A DNA stretch of 64,000 nucleotides, from contig CAWHDR010000001.1 of the NCBI GenBank assembly GCA_963828165.1, forward strand, positions 2,464,001 to 2,528,000. Reading direction: 5' to 3'. Below are positions 49,794-60,421 of the stretch, one piece after another; position 1 is the first letter of the stretch, and each line of letters begins with the position of its first letter. The position numbers were made by a program, and so were the translations under genes. This DNA is from an uncultured Chloroflexia bacterium. Its GTDB lineage: Bacteria > Chloroflexota > Limnocylindria > Limnocylindrales > CSP1-4. The notes under the pieces are model-generated. The model saw nothing but the letters and a program-made list of their open reading frames with translations, ran no database searches and was not told the DNA's origin.

Positions 49794-50663
49794 ATGACCG
49801 CCCTGACCGGCGCCGCCCCGCCACCCGCCGCGGGGGCGCCGCGCCGCAGCCGTGCGTCGATCGTCCTCTACGTGCTGCTCACCCTTGGTCTCATCGCCAT
49901 GGTCGCGCCCTTCGTCTGGATGGTCCTGGGCTCGTTCAAGCCACAGGGCGAGTTCCTGCGGCTTCCCCCGACGTGGCTTCCCGAAGCGCCCACGACGGGC
50001 AATTATCAGCGGCTCATCGACCAGCTGGACATGCCGCGCTTCTTCTTCAACTCGATCGTGGTCGCCATCGCGGTCACCGCGGGCAACCTGATCTTCGCGC
50101 CGATGCTCGGCTACGCCCTGGCCAAGCTCCGGTTCCTCGGCAAGGGTGTGCTCATGGGGCTGGTGCTCGCCACCCTGATGCTGCCGGGCGCCGCGCTCCT
50201 CGTGCCGCTCTTCGTGCTGATGAGCTCGCTCGATCTCGTCAACACCTACCCGTCGCTGATCCTGCCGTTCCTGGCCGGCCCGTTCGGCGTGTTCCTGACC
50301 CGCCAATTCTTCTCGGGCCTGCCCGACGAGCTGCTCGAGGCCGCCCGGATGGATGGCGCCAGCGAGCTTCGGATCTTCTGGACCATCGCCATGCCCCTCG
50401 CCGGACCGGTCCTCGCGACCCTCGGCATCCTCACGTTCCTGGGCTCGTGGAACTCGTTCATCTACCCGCTGGTGATGGCCCAGGAACCAGAGATGTACAC
50501 GCTGCCGGTCGCCCTCGCCACGTTCGCGACCGGCCAGTACCAGGCGGACCACGGGATGCTCATGGCGGGCTCCCTGGTCCTGATCCTGCCCGTCCTCATC
50601 ATCTTCGTGGTGCTCCAGCGCTGGATCACCGAAGGCATCGCGACGACGGGTCTCAAAGGCTGA
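49794..50663 (+). CDS. Carbohydrate ABC transporter permease
   Basis: LPDELLEAARMDGASE, WNSFIYPL, GLKG end. Confidence 0.94.
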   Translation: MTALTGAAPPPAAGAPRRSRASIVLYVLLTLGLIAMVAPFVWMVLGSFKPQGEFLRLPPTWLPEAPTTGNYQRLIDQLDMPRFFFNSIVVAIAVTAGNLIFAPMLGYALAKLRFLGKGVLMGLVLATLMLPGAALLVPLFVLMSSLDLVNTYPSLILPFLAGPFGVFLTRQFFSGLPDELLEAARMDGASELRIFWTIAMPLAGPVLATLGILTFLGSWNSFIYPLVMAQEPEMYTLPVALATFATGQYQADHGMLMAGSLVLILPVLIIFVVLQRWITEGIATTGLKG

Positions 50664-50710
50664 CGGTCCGCCGCGGCCCGAGCGACCCGCCACACACGGA
50701 GGTATCGATC

Positions 50711-52225
50711 ATGCGCCAGCGCCGGCTCCACCCGCTCATCGGCGTCCTGTCAGCGCTCGTCATCGCGGCGGCGGCCTTCCCCGCCGCCGCGGCAGGCGCG
50801 AGCTCTGGCCTGAGCGCCGCCCAGCGCGCGACCCTGCGTGGGTACGCCGAGCACACCTGGGCGTCGTTCGTGGCGATGACCGATGCGGAAACGGGTCTGC
50901 CCGCCGACAGCCTGGCCGCGGACGGAACGCCGAGCGTCCAGACGTCGACGACGAACATCGGCGCGTACATGTGGAGCACCGTCGTCGCCGAACGCCTCCG
51001 GTTCATCGATCACGACGAGGCGGTGGCCCGCCTGGAGACGACGCTCGGCACGCTCGAGACGATGGAGCGGCACGAAGCGAGCGGCCAGTATTTCAACTGG
51101 TACGACCACACGAACGGCGAGGTCCTCACCGTCTGGCCGCCGAGTGGCGATCCGGTGGTGCCGATCCTCTCGTCCGTCGACAACGGCTGGCTGGCGACCG
51201 GCATCCATGTCGTGGCCAACGCCGTGCCCGAGCTGTCGACGCGTGCCGGCGCCCTCTTCGACAGCATGCATTTCGGGTTCTACTACCGACCCGAGGTCAA
51301 TCGCATCGCCTTCCACGTCGCCCCGAGCACCGGCGCGTCCCCGTGCTGCTACGACACGATCGTCAGCGAGAGCCGGATCGCGAGCTACATCGGCATCGCG
51401 ACGGGCGAGCTGCCGGAGAAGGAGTACTTCGGCGCCTGGCGGACATTCCCCGAGACATGCGACTGGAACTGGCACGAGACCCAGCCGGTCGGATTCCGCA
51501 AGACCTACCTCGGCGTCAGCGTCTTCGAAGGGGCCTATCCGTACGAGGACTTCCGCGTCGTCCCGGGCTGGGGCGGAAGCATGTTCGAGGCCCTGATGCC
51601 TGCCCTGTTCGTCCCGGAGGAGAAATGGGCCCCACGCAGCTGGGCCGTGAACCACCCGCTCACGATCGCCGCGCAGATCCACCACGGCCTCGTCGAGGCG
51701 GACTACGGCTACTGGGGCTTTTCGCCCGCGAACGTCCCCGAAGGCGGCTACACCGAATACGGCGTCGACGCCATCGGGATGCGCCCTGACGGGTACAAGT
51801 CGAACAACGACAACACGCTGGTCGACCGAGGCTTCGGTGACTGTCCGGGCCGCGAGCCGCAGCCGGATCCGCCGCCGTCGGCCTACACGAACGGCGTGGT
51901 CACGCCACATGCGGCGTTCCTCGCCTTGCGCTGGGCGCCGGACCGCGTGATGGAGAACCTGGCCAACCTGCAGTCCGATTTCGAGATCTACGATCGGTGG
52001 GGGTTCCGCGACTCGGTCAACGTCCAGACGGGGACCGTGTCCGGTGCCTACCTGTCGCTCGACCAGGGGATCGTCATGGCCGCGATCGGCAATGCGCTGG
52101 CGGACGACGTCCTGCGCGAGTCGTTCGCGACCAAGGAGTTCCGCAAGGTGCTCCGGCCGGTGATCGGCATGGAGACGTTCAACGCCGGGCCACGGGCCGC
52201 CGCCGACGAGTTCCTCGACCCGTGA
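50711..52225 (+). CDS. Secreted DUF3131/glycoamylase-family protein (GH144-like, cyclic beta-1,2-glucan synthase module-like)
   Basis: Signal peptide, GLPAD, TSTTNIG, YFNWYD, SSVDNGWL, SESRIASY, WGGSMFEALMP, VVTPHA, LDQG. Confidence 0.8.
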   Translation: MRQRRLHPLIGVLSALVIAAAAFPAAAAGASSGLSAAQRATLRGYAEHTWASFVAMTDAETGLPADSLAADGTPSVQTSTTNIGAYMWSTVVAERLRFIDHDEAVARLETTLGTLETMERHEASGQYFNWYDHTNGEVLTVWPPSGDPVVPILSSVDNGWLATGIHVVANAVPELSTRAGALFDSMHFGFYYRPEVNRIAFHVAPSTGASPCCYDTIVSESRIASYIGIATGELPEKEYFGAWRTFPETCDWNWHETQPVGFRKTYLGVSVFEGAYPYEDFRVVPGWGGSMFEALMPALFVPEEKWAPRSWAVNHPLTIAAQIHHGLVEADYGYWGFSPANVPEGGYTEYGVDAIGMRPDGYKSNNDNTLVDRGFGDCPGREPQPDPPPSAYTNGVVTPHAAFLALRWAPDRVMENLANLQSDFEIYDRWGFRDSVNVQTGTVSGAYLSLDQGIVMAAIGNALADDVLRESFATKEFRKVLRPVIGMETFNAGPRAAADEFLDP

Positions 52226-54073
52226 TCACGGGCTCGTCCGCCCGGATCGCCTGGTTCGAGACCCTTGGGGCGTCGACCGAGCGTGACCGGCCGGCGCCCG
52301 ACGTCACCCTGCCCCCGCCGACCGAGGTCCGCGCAGAGCGCGGCCGCGGCCAGGTGACGGTGTCCTGGTCCCCGGTCGAGGGCGCGGTTGGCTATCTCGT
52401 CCACCGCGGCTCGGCCCAAGGTGACCTCGAGGCCATCGACCACAAGGGCGGTGACGTCCTCGCGGTCCCCCACGGGCCGTACGTCGATACGACACCGGGC
52501 GTCGAGAGCGACAACGTCTATGCCGTGGCCAGCCTGTCCAGCATCGACGCGCCCGTCGGACCGGTCTCGGCGCCGGCCAGGCCAGCCCAGACCCAGCGCG
52601 AGGGCGAGGTGAGCGTCGTGGTCGATGCCGCGCGCTCGACTGGCCCGGTCCTGCGGCCGTGGCGTCACATGATCGGCTCCGAGCACCTCGCGCTGCTCTT
52701 GCGCGGCGAAGGACCCGGCGGGTTGCCGGTCGGGGAGGATCTTGCGGAGGCGTTCCGCGTCGTCCGCGACCAGCTCGGGGTCGAGGTGGTCCGGGCGCAC
52801 GCTATCCTCCACGACGTCCTCGGCGTGTATTCCGAGGATGACGACGGCACCCCGCGATACGACTTCGACAAGGTCGACCTCGTCATCGATCGCCTGCTCG
52901 CGACGGGCCTGCGTCCGCTCGTGGAGCTGTCGTTCATGCCGAAAGCGCTCGCCGCCGACCCCGGGCCGAGGGTCTTCGACTACATCGGCCTCATCTCGCC
53001 GCCACGCGACCTGGATCGCTGGGCGGACCTCGTGGAGGCCCTCGTCCGGCACCTCGTCGCGCGCCACGGCCTCGACGAGGTCAGTCCGCTGGGGCTTCGA
53101 GGTCTGGAACGAGGCGAACATCAAGGTCTTCTGGGCCGGTCGCCAGAGCGACTACTTCGACCTGTACGACGCGACCGCTCGGGCCGTCAAGGCGGTGGAT
53201 CCGCGGTTGCCGGTCGGCGGGCCATCGACGGCCGCCGCCGGCTGGGTCGACGACCTGCTCCATCACGCCGCCGAGACCGGCGTGCCGGTCGACTTCGTGA
53301 CCACCCACACATATGGCGCGCCGCCGCTCGACCTGCGACCGATCCTCGAGCGGTATGGCCGCACGGGCATCCCGATCTGGTGGACCGAATGGGGCGTCAG
53401 CCCGACCCACGGCGGGCCCGTGAACGACAGCGTATGGGGCGCCCCGCTCGTCGCCCGCGGCATGCGCTCCGCTGCCGGTCGAGTCGATGCATTGTCGTAC
53501 TGGGTCGCCTCGGATCAATTCGTCGAGCTCGGCGTGCCAGAACAGCTCTTCCACGGAGGATTCGGCCTGCTCACGGTCGGCGGGCTGCGCAAACCGCGGT
53601 TCTGGGCCATCGCGGTCCTCGAGCAGCTGGGCGACCAGGAGTTGGCCAGCCAGGTCACCGGGGACGGCGGCGGCAGTCTGGTCGAGGCGTGGGCCAGCCG
53701 GGACACGGGCCTTGCGGGTGATCGCGTCGCAGTCGCTCTCTGGAACGGGTCGCTCGATCAGACGAAGACCGGCGGCGATGACGCGCTCGGCCGTCACGTG
53801 ACGCTGGACGTCTCGGGACTCCCGGCGGGCGAGTACGTGGTCGAGCATCGCCGAGTCGACGACGAGCATTCGAACATCGCCCGCTCCTGGGAAGGGATGG
53901 GCGGCGGTGACTGGCCGACGACGGGCCAATGGGAGCGGCTGCGCGCGGCGGATCGTCTCGAGTCGCTCGTTCACGACGAGCGGGTGTCAGTCGGGTCGGA
54001 CGGGGTCGCGCACCTCGCGTTCGACCTGCCCATGCCGGCCATCTCACTCGTGGAGATCCGCCCGGCGACCTGA
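52222..54073 (+). CDS. GH39 family glycosidase with N-terminal FN3-like domain; frameshift ~53085
   Basis: VRAHAIL, VELSFMP, FEVWNEAN (acid/base), HTYG, WTEWG (nucleophile), FHGGFGL. Confidence 0.88.
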
Positions 54074-54076
54074 GCT

Positions 54077-54535
54077 TCAGTCGCGCAGCGAGAGGGAGAC
54101 GGTCGACGCATCGACCGGACCGGTGAACTCGACCACCAGGTGGCGGATGACACCGGCCATCCCGCAACCGCCGAAGTCATGCTCGGTGGCAACGTCGAGC
54201 GACATGCCATCCGCCGACCCGTCCAATGTCACCAGCACATGGCGGTCGCACAAGCCCCCGATCCAGATGACGGAGAGTGCGTCGTCGCGCCCCGGCACCG
54301 GTTGAACGCCTTCCATCAGCGCACCCTGGGTGCCGACGGAAACGGCACGGACGGCTCCCGTCATGTCCGCGAACCGGAACGGCAGCTGGGGAAGCTCGGC
54401 CGTCGGCGGGAAGAGGCCATCGATCGCACGCGGTCCTGGTTGGTCGGCGGATCCGCATGCCGCGAGACTGGCCAGGCCCAGCACCACGACGAACAGCGCC
54501 AATCGAGTTCGCCGTGCCGTCGCTCGCGGGGACAT
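54077..54535 (-). CDS. Hypothetical lipoprotein
   Basis: LAAC lipobox; WIGGLCD...C motif resembles WAGATCD...C of 42238..42948. Confidence 0.7.
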   Translation of the reverse strand: MSPRATARRTRLALFVVVLGLASLAACGSADQPGPRAIDGLFPPTAELPQLPFRFADMTGAVRAVSVGTQGALMEGVQPVPGRDDALSVIWIGGLCDRHVLVTLDGSADGMSLDVATEHDFGGCGMAGVIRHLVVEFTGPVDASTVSLSLRD

Positions 54536-54628
54536 CCGCGGAGTATGCCGTCCGACTCACGGAGGCGACGCCATGCCATCGCAGCCGTCGTCGGGCCCGG
54601 GAACCCGAATGCGCCCACAATGGGTTCG

Positions 54629-56581
54629 ATGCCACGAGTCGCCCGGCCAAAGCCGTACGCACCGAAGTCCGCCAAGCCCAGGGCCGCCGAGCCCAAGGTC
54701 CGGGCGCCCAAGAACGTGACGGCCAGGGCCGCCCCACCGAGCGAGGCACCGGCGTCCGGGGCGCCCGCCGCGACCGACTCGCCCGCCCCCGACGGCTTCG
54801 CGACCTTCGACCTCGACGAGCGTTTGCTCGCCACGGTCGCCGACCTGGGCTACGAGGAGCCGACGCCGATCCAGCGAGAGGCCATCCCGCTGCTGCTCGG
54901 CGGCCGCGACATCCTCGCCGAGGCGCCGACCGGCACCGGCAAGACCGCGGCCTTCGCCCTGCCGATCCTCCAGCGCATCGCGATCGGCGCCGCCGGCCCC
55001 AACAGCACCAGCGCCCTCGTCGTCGTCCCGACCCGAGAGCTTGCCATGCAGGTCGCCGAGGCCTTCCACGTCTACGGCAAGTCCCTCGGGGCCCGGATCG
55101 TCCCCGTCTACGGCGGCCAGCCGATCGGGCAGCAGCTCCGTGGGCTCCGCCGCGGGGTCGATGTCGTCGTCGCGACGCCGGGTCGCGCGGTCGACCACCT
55201 CAAGCGCGGCAGTCTCAGCATCGATGCCGCGCGCATCGTCGTGCTCGATGAGGCGGACGAGATGCTCGACATGGGCTTCGCCGAGGATCTCGACACGATC
55301 CTGTCGGCGACCCCCGCGGATCGCCAGACGGCGCTCTTCTCCGCGACGATCTCACCGACGATCACGCGGATCGCCAAGCGTCACCTGCGCGATCCGGCCC
55401 GGATCACGGTCCATGCCGAGAAGACCACCGGTGACGGGGTCGCACGGGTCCGCCAGACGGCGTATGTCGTGCGGCGGGTCGACAAGCTGCCGGCGCTGTG
55501 CCGCATCCTCGACGTCGAGGACCCCGCGTCGACGCTCGTGTTCGCGCGGACGCGCGGCGAGGTGGACGACCTGGCCGAGGCCTTGAGCAGCCGCGGTCAC
55601 GACGCCGGAGCGCTCCATGGCGGCCTCGTCCAGGAGGCACGCGACCGGATCATGGGGCGTTTCCGAGACGGATCGCTGGACGTGCTGGTCGCGACGGACG
55701 TCGCCGCCCGCGGCCTCGATATCGACCATGTGAGCCACGTCGTCAACTTCGACGTGCCGTCCGACCCCGATGCGTACGTGCATCGCATCGGCCGAACGGG
55801 CCGGGCGGGACGCGAGGGCGTGGCGATCACCCTGGTCGAGCCGCGCGAGCATCGATTGCTCCGCAACATCGAGTCGGCCACGAGATCGAAGCTCCAGATC
55901 GCCCGTCTCCCGACCGTGGCCGACCTGCGCGAGCGCCGGTTGGAGCTGGTGCGGGCGAACCTGCGCGACGCGCTTGAGACGGGTGGCCACGACCGATTCC
56001 GGGGCGTGGTGGAGCCGCTGACCGAGGAGTTCGATGTCGTCGACATCGCGTTGGCGGCGGTCAGCCTGATCGAGGGCGCCGAGATCCGCGACGAGGACGA
56101 GGTGGAGCTCGCCCAGGCCTCGCTCCAGCAGCCCGGACCCGGCCCTGGCCGTGGTCAGAGCGGTCCGGGCGGTCCGCGGCGCGGCCCGGTCCCGGCGTTC
56201 CCTGGCGCCGGTCGCCCGGGCGGCGGTCCGCGCGGTCCCGGTGGTCCCGCCCGACCCCGGCGCGGTGTGCCCGGAGGCCCGGGCGGGGTCCGCGATGGCG
56301 ACTCTCGCGCTCCGCGCGGCCCCGAATCGGATGGCTGGGAACAGCTCTGGATCGGTGGCGGCCGGCGGGCCGGCCTGCGACCGGGCGACCTCGTCGGAGC
56401 CATCGCCAACGAGGCGGGCGTGCCCGGCTCCGTGGTCGGTGCGATCCAGCTGTTCGACGATTTCGCGCTGGTCGACGTCCAGGGCAACGTCGCGGATGCG
56501 ATCGAGCACGCTCTACGCAACGCGACGATCCGCGGCCAGAGGCTTCCCGTACGGCGCGAGCGCGCTCCCTCGCGTCGCTGA
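54629..56581 (+). CDS. deaD: DEAD-box RNA helicase with DbpA-type RNA-binding domain
   Basis: PTPIQ, TGTGKT, PTRELA, DEADEM, SAT, HRIGRTGRAG, RPGDLVGAIANE. Confidence 0.92.
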   Translation: MPRVARPKPYAPKSAKPRAAEPKVRAPKNVTARAAPPSEAPASGAPAATDSPAPDGFATFDLDERLLATVADLGYEEPTPIQREAIPLLLGGRDILAEAPTGTGKTAAFALPILQRIAIGAAGPNSTSALVVVPTRELAMQVAEAFHVYGKSLGARIVPVYGGQPIGQQLRGLRRGVDVVVATPGRAVDHLKRGSLSIDAARIVVLDEADEMLDMGFAEDLDTILSATPADRQTALFSATISPTITRIAKRHLRDPARITVHAEKTTGDGVARVRQTAYVVRRVDKLPALCRILDVEDPASTLVFARTRGEVDDLAEALSSRGHDAGALHGGLVQEARDRIMGRFRDGSLDVLVATDVAARGLDIDHVSHVVNFDVPSDPDAYVHRIGRTGRAGREGVAITLVEPREHRLLRNIESATRSKLQIARLPTVADLRERRLELVRANLRDALETGGHDRFRGVVEPLTEEFDVVDIALAAVSLIEGAEIRDEDEVELAQASLQQPGPGPGRGQSGPGGPRRGPVPAFPGAGRPGGGPRGPGGPARPRRGVPGGPGGVRDGDSRAPRGPESDGWEQLWIGGGRRAGLRPGDLVGAIANEAGVPGSVVGAIQLFDDFALVDVQGNVADAIEHALRNATIRGQRLPVRRERAPSRR

Positions 56582-56587
56582 TCGGCG

Positions 56588-58111
56588 TCAGCGGCCCAGG
56601 AGCTGGTCCACCGGGGCGAAGTCGTCGCTGAGGACCGTCGCATCCCCGATGAATGCGGCCACCTCGCTCCGATCGGCCAGGATCCCGGTCGAGTCGCCCT
56701 CGCCCCACCGCTCGATGCGGGCGTTGACCGCCGCCACGTCCAGCGGCTCGGCGCTCGCGACCAGCACGACATTGCCACCGGACTCGCTGGCGAGCGTCGA
56801 GCGCCCGCTGATCACGGCGACGTGCTCGAACAACCGGCTGGCGGTCGCGGCCTCTGCCCGCACGAAACCAAGCGGCGGATAGTCGATCAGGTTCATCGCG
56901 TACATCCCGCCGGGGCGCAGCACCCGCCCGATCTCCCCGAGGAACTCGGTCGTGGTGAGATGCCATGGCACCGCCAGCCCGCCGAACGCGTCGCCGACCA
57001 CGAGATCGACGCTGTCGTCCGGCAGTCGCTCGATCGACAGCCGCGCGTCGCCGACGATCACCCGGATCGCGTCGCTCGGCGCGAACCCGAGCTGCTCCTG
57101 GGCGACTGCCAGCACCTTCGGATCGAGCTCCAGCACCGTCTGCGAGGCGACCGGCCGCGTCGCCGCCAGGTAGCGCGGGAACGTGAAGCCTCCACCACCG
57201 ACGTGAAGCACGTCGACCGGACGGCCCAGCCCATCGAGATACGGCCCAACGGCGTCGGAGAACCGCCGCTCGTACCCGAACACGAGGTTGGTCGGGTCGG
57301 CCAGGTCGACATAGGCGTGCGTCAAGCGGTCCAGGATGAGGATCCGGCCGTCCGAGTCGCCGGGATCGACTTCGACCGCGATGCAGTAGTACGCGCTTTC
57401 GGTATCGCACGGGGAGGGGCCGGCGAGCGCCAGCCCGCCCATCGCGACCGCGGCCAGTGCCACCACACCGGTCCGGGCCGGTCCGCCGCCACCGCCCCGG
57501 AGCGCGACCGTCAACGCCAGCCCCACGACGACGAGCAGCCCACCGACCCCGACGATGAGCACGCGGGTCGGCACCAGGCCCAACAGCACGAACCCGGTGA
57601 GGAACGTTCCGATGATGGCCCCTGCCGTGCCGATCGCCGAAAGCCGCCCGACGATCGAGCCGCTCGTCTGGAGGTCTGTCAGCGTCGCCCGCACGATCAT
57701 CGGGCCAACCGCCGACAGGATCGCCGCCGGCAGCACGAACCCGACCGAGGCGAGCGTCACGATCGCGACGACTCCCTCGCCGAGGTCGGCTGCGCCTAGC
57801 CATCCGACGATCGGGACCGCCGCGATGGCCGCAGCGCCGCCCAGCACGAACGACGGCCCCAGCAGGGGCTCGGGCCCGAACGCGTCGGCCGCCCGGCCGC
57901 CGATCCACGCCCCGAGCGCGATGCCGGCCAGGATCGCGCCGATGATCCCGGTGTACGTCGTGAGCGATACGCCGACATACGGCGCCAGCAGTCGGCCGGC
58001 GGCGATCTCCAGGACCAGCACGCAGGCGGCCGCGAGGAACGTCAGGATCGCGGCGACCGGCCAGCTGAGACGGCGACCTGGGCGATCTACGGTCGGGATG
58101 GGCTCAGACAA
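56588..58111 (-). CDS. Fused membrane domain/spermidine synthase-like methyltransferase
   Basis: LEIAAGRLLAPYVG, VLHVGGGG, ELDP, GDAR, GDAF, HLTTTEF, SDDFAPVD. Confidence 0.88.
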   Translation of the reverse strand: MSEPIPTVDRPGRRLSWPVAAILTFLAAACVLVLEIAAGRLLAPYVGVSLTTYTGIIGAILAGIALGAWIGGRAADAFGPEPLLGPSFVLGGAAAIAAVPIVGWLGAADLGEGVVAIVTLASVGFVLPAAILSAVGPMIVRATLTDLQTSGSIVGRLSAIGTAGAIIGTFLTGFVLLGLVPTRVLIVGVGGLLVVVGLALTVALRGGGGGPARTGVVALAAVAMGGLALAGPSPCDTESAYYCIAVEVDPGDSDGRILILDRLTHAYVDLADPTNLVFGYERRFSDAVGPYLDGLGRPVDVLHVGGGGFTFPRYLAATRPVASQTVLELDPKVLAVAQEQLGFAPSDAIRVIVGDARLSIERLPDDSVDLVVGDAFGGLAVPWHLTTTEFLGEIGRVLRPGGMYAMNLIDYPPLGFVRAEAATASRLFEHVAVISGRSTLASESGGNVVLVASAEPLDVAAVNARIERWGEGDSTGILADRSEVAAFIGDATVLSDDFAPVDQLLGR

Positions 58112-58979
58112 GCGGTGCGACTTCCTGGGCGAACCGCTCGGCGAGCGCCGACACCTCCGCGGGGTCCGTCGCGTCGAACCACAGGGCCAGGTGGCTGACC
58201 CCGAGAGACTCGAAGGCGCGCACCTCGGTGGCCATCTCCTCTGGCGTGCCGCGGATCGCGTAGAACTTGTCGGTGGCTGACCCGAACTGCGTATAGGCGC
58301 GTGCCATGAGCTGGGGCATGGGCCGACCGGCGGCCTCGGCGGCGGCCCGGATGATCGGAATCCGGTCGGCGTACTTCGCGGCACTCGTCGCGCTGGACTG
58401 GTACCCGTCTCCAAGGGCTCCGGCGCGTCGGAGGGCCGCTTCGGCCCGACCTCCGACCACGATCGGCAGGCGCTCTCCCTGGTCGGGGAGGGGAGCGAAC
58501 GCGAAGTCGTCGAAGCTGTGGAACCGCCCATCGAACGGCTCGGTGGAACCCGACCACAGATGCCGGAACAGCGCGATCGTCTCGTCGAGGTACGCGCCTC
58601 GAACGTGAAAGCGGTCGGCGAGGTCGAGGTTCGCGAACTCAGGCTTGCTCCATCCGACGCCGACGCCGGCGATGACCCGTCCGCCGCTCAGCGTGTCGAG
58701 GGAAGCCAGTTCCTTCGCCAATACGACCGCGTTTCGGTAGGGGACCACGATGACGCTCGTGCCCAGCCGGACCTTGGCGTACTTCGCCCCGATCCAGGTG
58801 AGGCTCAGGATCGCCTCGAAGATCCGACCGTAGTCGTCGGTGTCCGCGGTCTCGACGAGGATGTGGTCGGTCGTCCAGACGGTGGACCAGGCGAGGCGCT
58901 CGGCCGTCTCAGCCGCTGCCTCCATGCCTTCGCGCGAGGCGCCGTCGCGGAAGTTCGGGAGACAGAGCCCATAGTCCAT
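58104..58979 (-). CDS. LLM class (likely F420-dependent) oxidoreductase
   Basis: VWTTDH, RLGTSV, LAKELASLD.LSGGR..GVGVGW...EF. Confidence 0.9.
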   Translation of the reverse strand: MDYGLCLPNFRDGASREGMEAAAETAERLAWSTVWTTDHILVETADTDDYGRIFEAILSLTWIGAKYAKVRLGTSVIVVPYRNAVVLAKELASLDTLSGGRVIAGVGVGWSKPEFANLDLADRFHVRGAYLDETIALFRHLWSGSTEPFDGRFHSFDDFAFAPLPDQGERLPIVVGGRAEAALRRAGALGDGYQSSATSAAKYADRIPIIRAAAEAAGRPMPQLMARAYTQFGSATDKFYAIRGTPEEMATEVRAFESLGVSHLALWFDATDPAEVSALAERFAQEVAPLV

Positions 58980-59086
58980 GGTTGGGGATGGTAGCGGGCG
59001 GGCGGCCGTAACGATGACGTGACGAATGGCGTGTACCGTGCGGACGACAGCCTGGGCCGGCACCACCCGGCGCAGCAGGAGGAGCC

Positions 59087-59816
59087 GTGAGTTTCCTCGA
59101 GCGGGTCGATCAGACCATCCGCCGCAGCGGGGCGTGGCGCTCGCTGTTCCGGCAGCCGTACCCGCGCGACGAGCGCTCGCGCGCGTACGCGGTCATGAAC
59201 AACGTGTTCCTGCACATCCACCCGGTGCGCGTCCGCCAGCACGCTGTGCGCTTCGCGTACACCTTCTGTCTGGGCGGGCTGACGTTCTTCCTGTTCCTGG
59301 TGCTGACGATCACCGGCGTGTACCTGATGTTCTTCTACGTGCCCTCGCGCCACGCTCGCGTACACGAACATCCTCGACATCCAGAGCCAGGTCACGTTCG
59401 GCCTCTTGACCCGCAACATCCACCGGTGGGGCGCCCACCTGATGGTCTTCTTCGTGTTCCTGCACATGATGCGGGTCTTCTACCACGGCGCCTACAAGCC
59501 ACCGCGCGAGTTCAACTGGGTGGTCGGGGTGGTGTTGCTCTTCCTGACCATCATGTTGAGCTTCTCGGGCTACCTGCTGCCATGGGACCAGATCGCGTTC
59601 TGGGCCATCACGATCGGCACGAACTTCGGGTCGTACTTCCCGATCGTGGCGACCCCCGTGAACCGCCTCCTGCTCGGTGGCGTGGAGGTCGGGCAGAACA
59701 CGCTCCTCCGCTTCTACGTGCTCCACATCATGGTGCTGCCGTTGCTTACCGCCATCTTCCTGGCCGTCCATTTCTGGCGGATCAGGAAGGACGGCGGCAT
59801 CTCCGGGCCGCTCTGA
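59087..59816 (+). CDS. Cytochrome b6-type (split cytochrome b N-terminal) subunit; +1 indel ~59348
   Basis: [50 protein letters not shown]...VHF, ISGPL end. Confidence 0.9.
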
Positions 59817-59947
59817 CCGATCGACCGCCAGCGCGCAACGAAACTGCAAGAGGAGCCGTCGAGAGGGTTCGATTCGCATGTCGCGTTCCGGGCCCTCCGC
59901 CTGTTGGAATACGGGGACGTCATCCCCGTCCACTCCAGGAGGCACGC

Positions 59948-60421
59948 ATGAACGCGATCACCATGCTCGAAGAAGACCACGCCAAGATGCGGAAGCTGCT
60001 CGATGAGCTCGAGTCCACGACCGAACGCGGCGTCAAGACTCGGACGGAGCTCTTCGCGACGATCAAGGGCGAGCTCACGGTCCACGAGATCATCGAGGAG
60101 GAGATCTTCTACCCGGAGCTGAAGGCGCACCCCAAGGCCAAGGAAATCGTCCTCGAGGGCTACGAAGAGCACCACGTGGTCGATCTGGTCATGAAGGAGC
60201 TCGAGGAGACGCCGGTCGAAGACGAGAGCTGGGGCGCCAAGGCCAAGGTCATGAAGGAGAACGTCGAGCACCACATGGAAGAGGAAGAGGGCGAGATGTT
60301 CAAGCAGGCTCGCTCCGTCTTCGACCGGGCTGAGCTCGAGGATCTCGGTGAGCGGATGGCAGCCCGCAAGGCCTCCGCGCAGCGGGAGCTGAACATCCCG
60401 GCCACCGCCGGCAAGTCCTAG
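59948..60421 (+). CDS. Hemerythrin-like domain protein
   Basis: LEEDH, HEIIEEEIFYP, EEHH, HHMEEEEGEMF; AGGAGG RBS. Confidence 0.9.
   Translation: MNAITMLEEDHAKMRKLLDELESTTERGVKTRTELFATIKGELTVHEIIEEEIFYPELKAHPKAKEIVLEGYEEHHVVDLVMKELEETPVEDESWGAKAKVMKENVEHHMEEEEGEMFKQARSVFDRAELEDLGERMAARKASAQRELNIPATAGKS

Noticed and set aside
59860-59885. tRNA-like GGTTCGATTC motif
   Set aside because: No acceptor, D or anticodon stems can be formed around it.
59087-60421. 444-aa cytochrome b-hemerythrin fusion
   Set aside because: Produced by one extra base near 59348; the middle of the ORF is out-of-frame, and hemerythrin has its own RBS.
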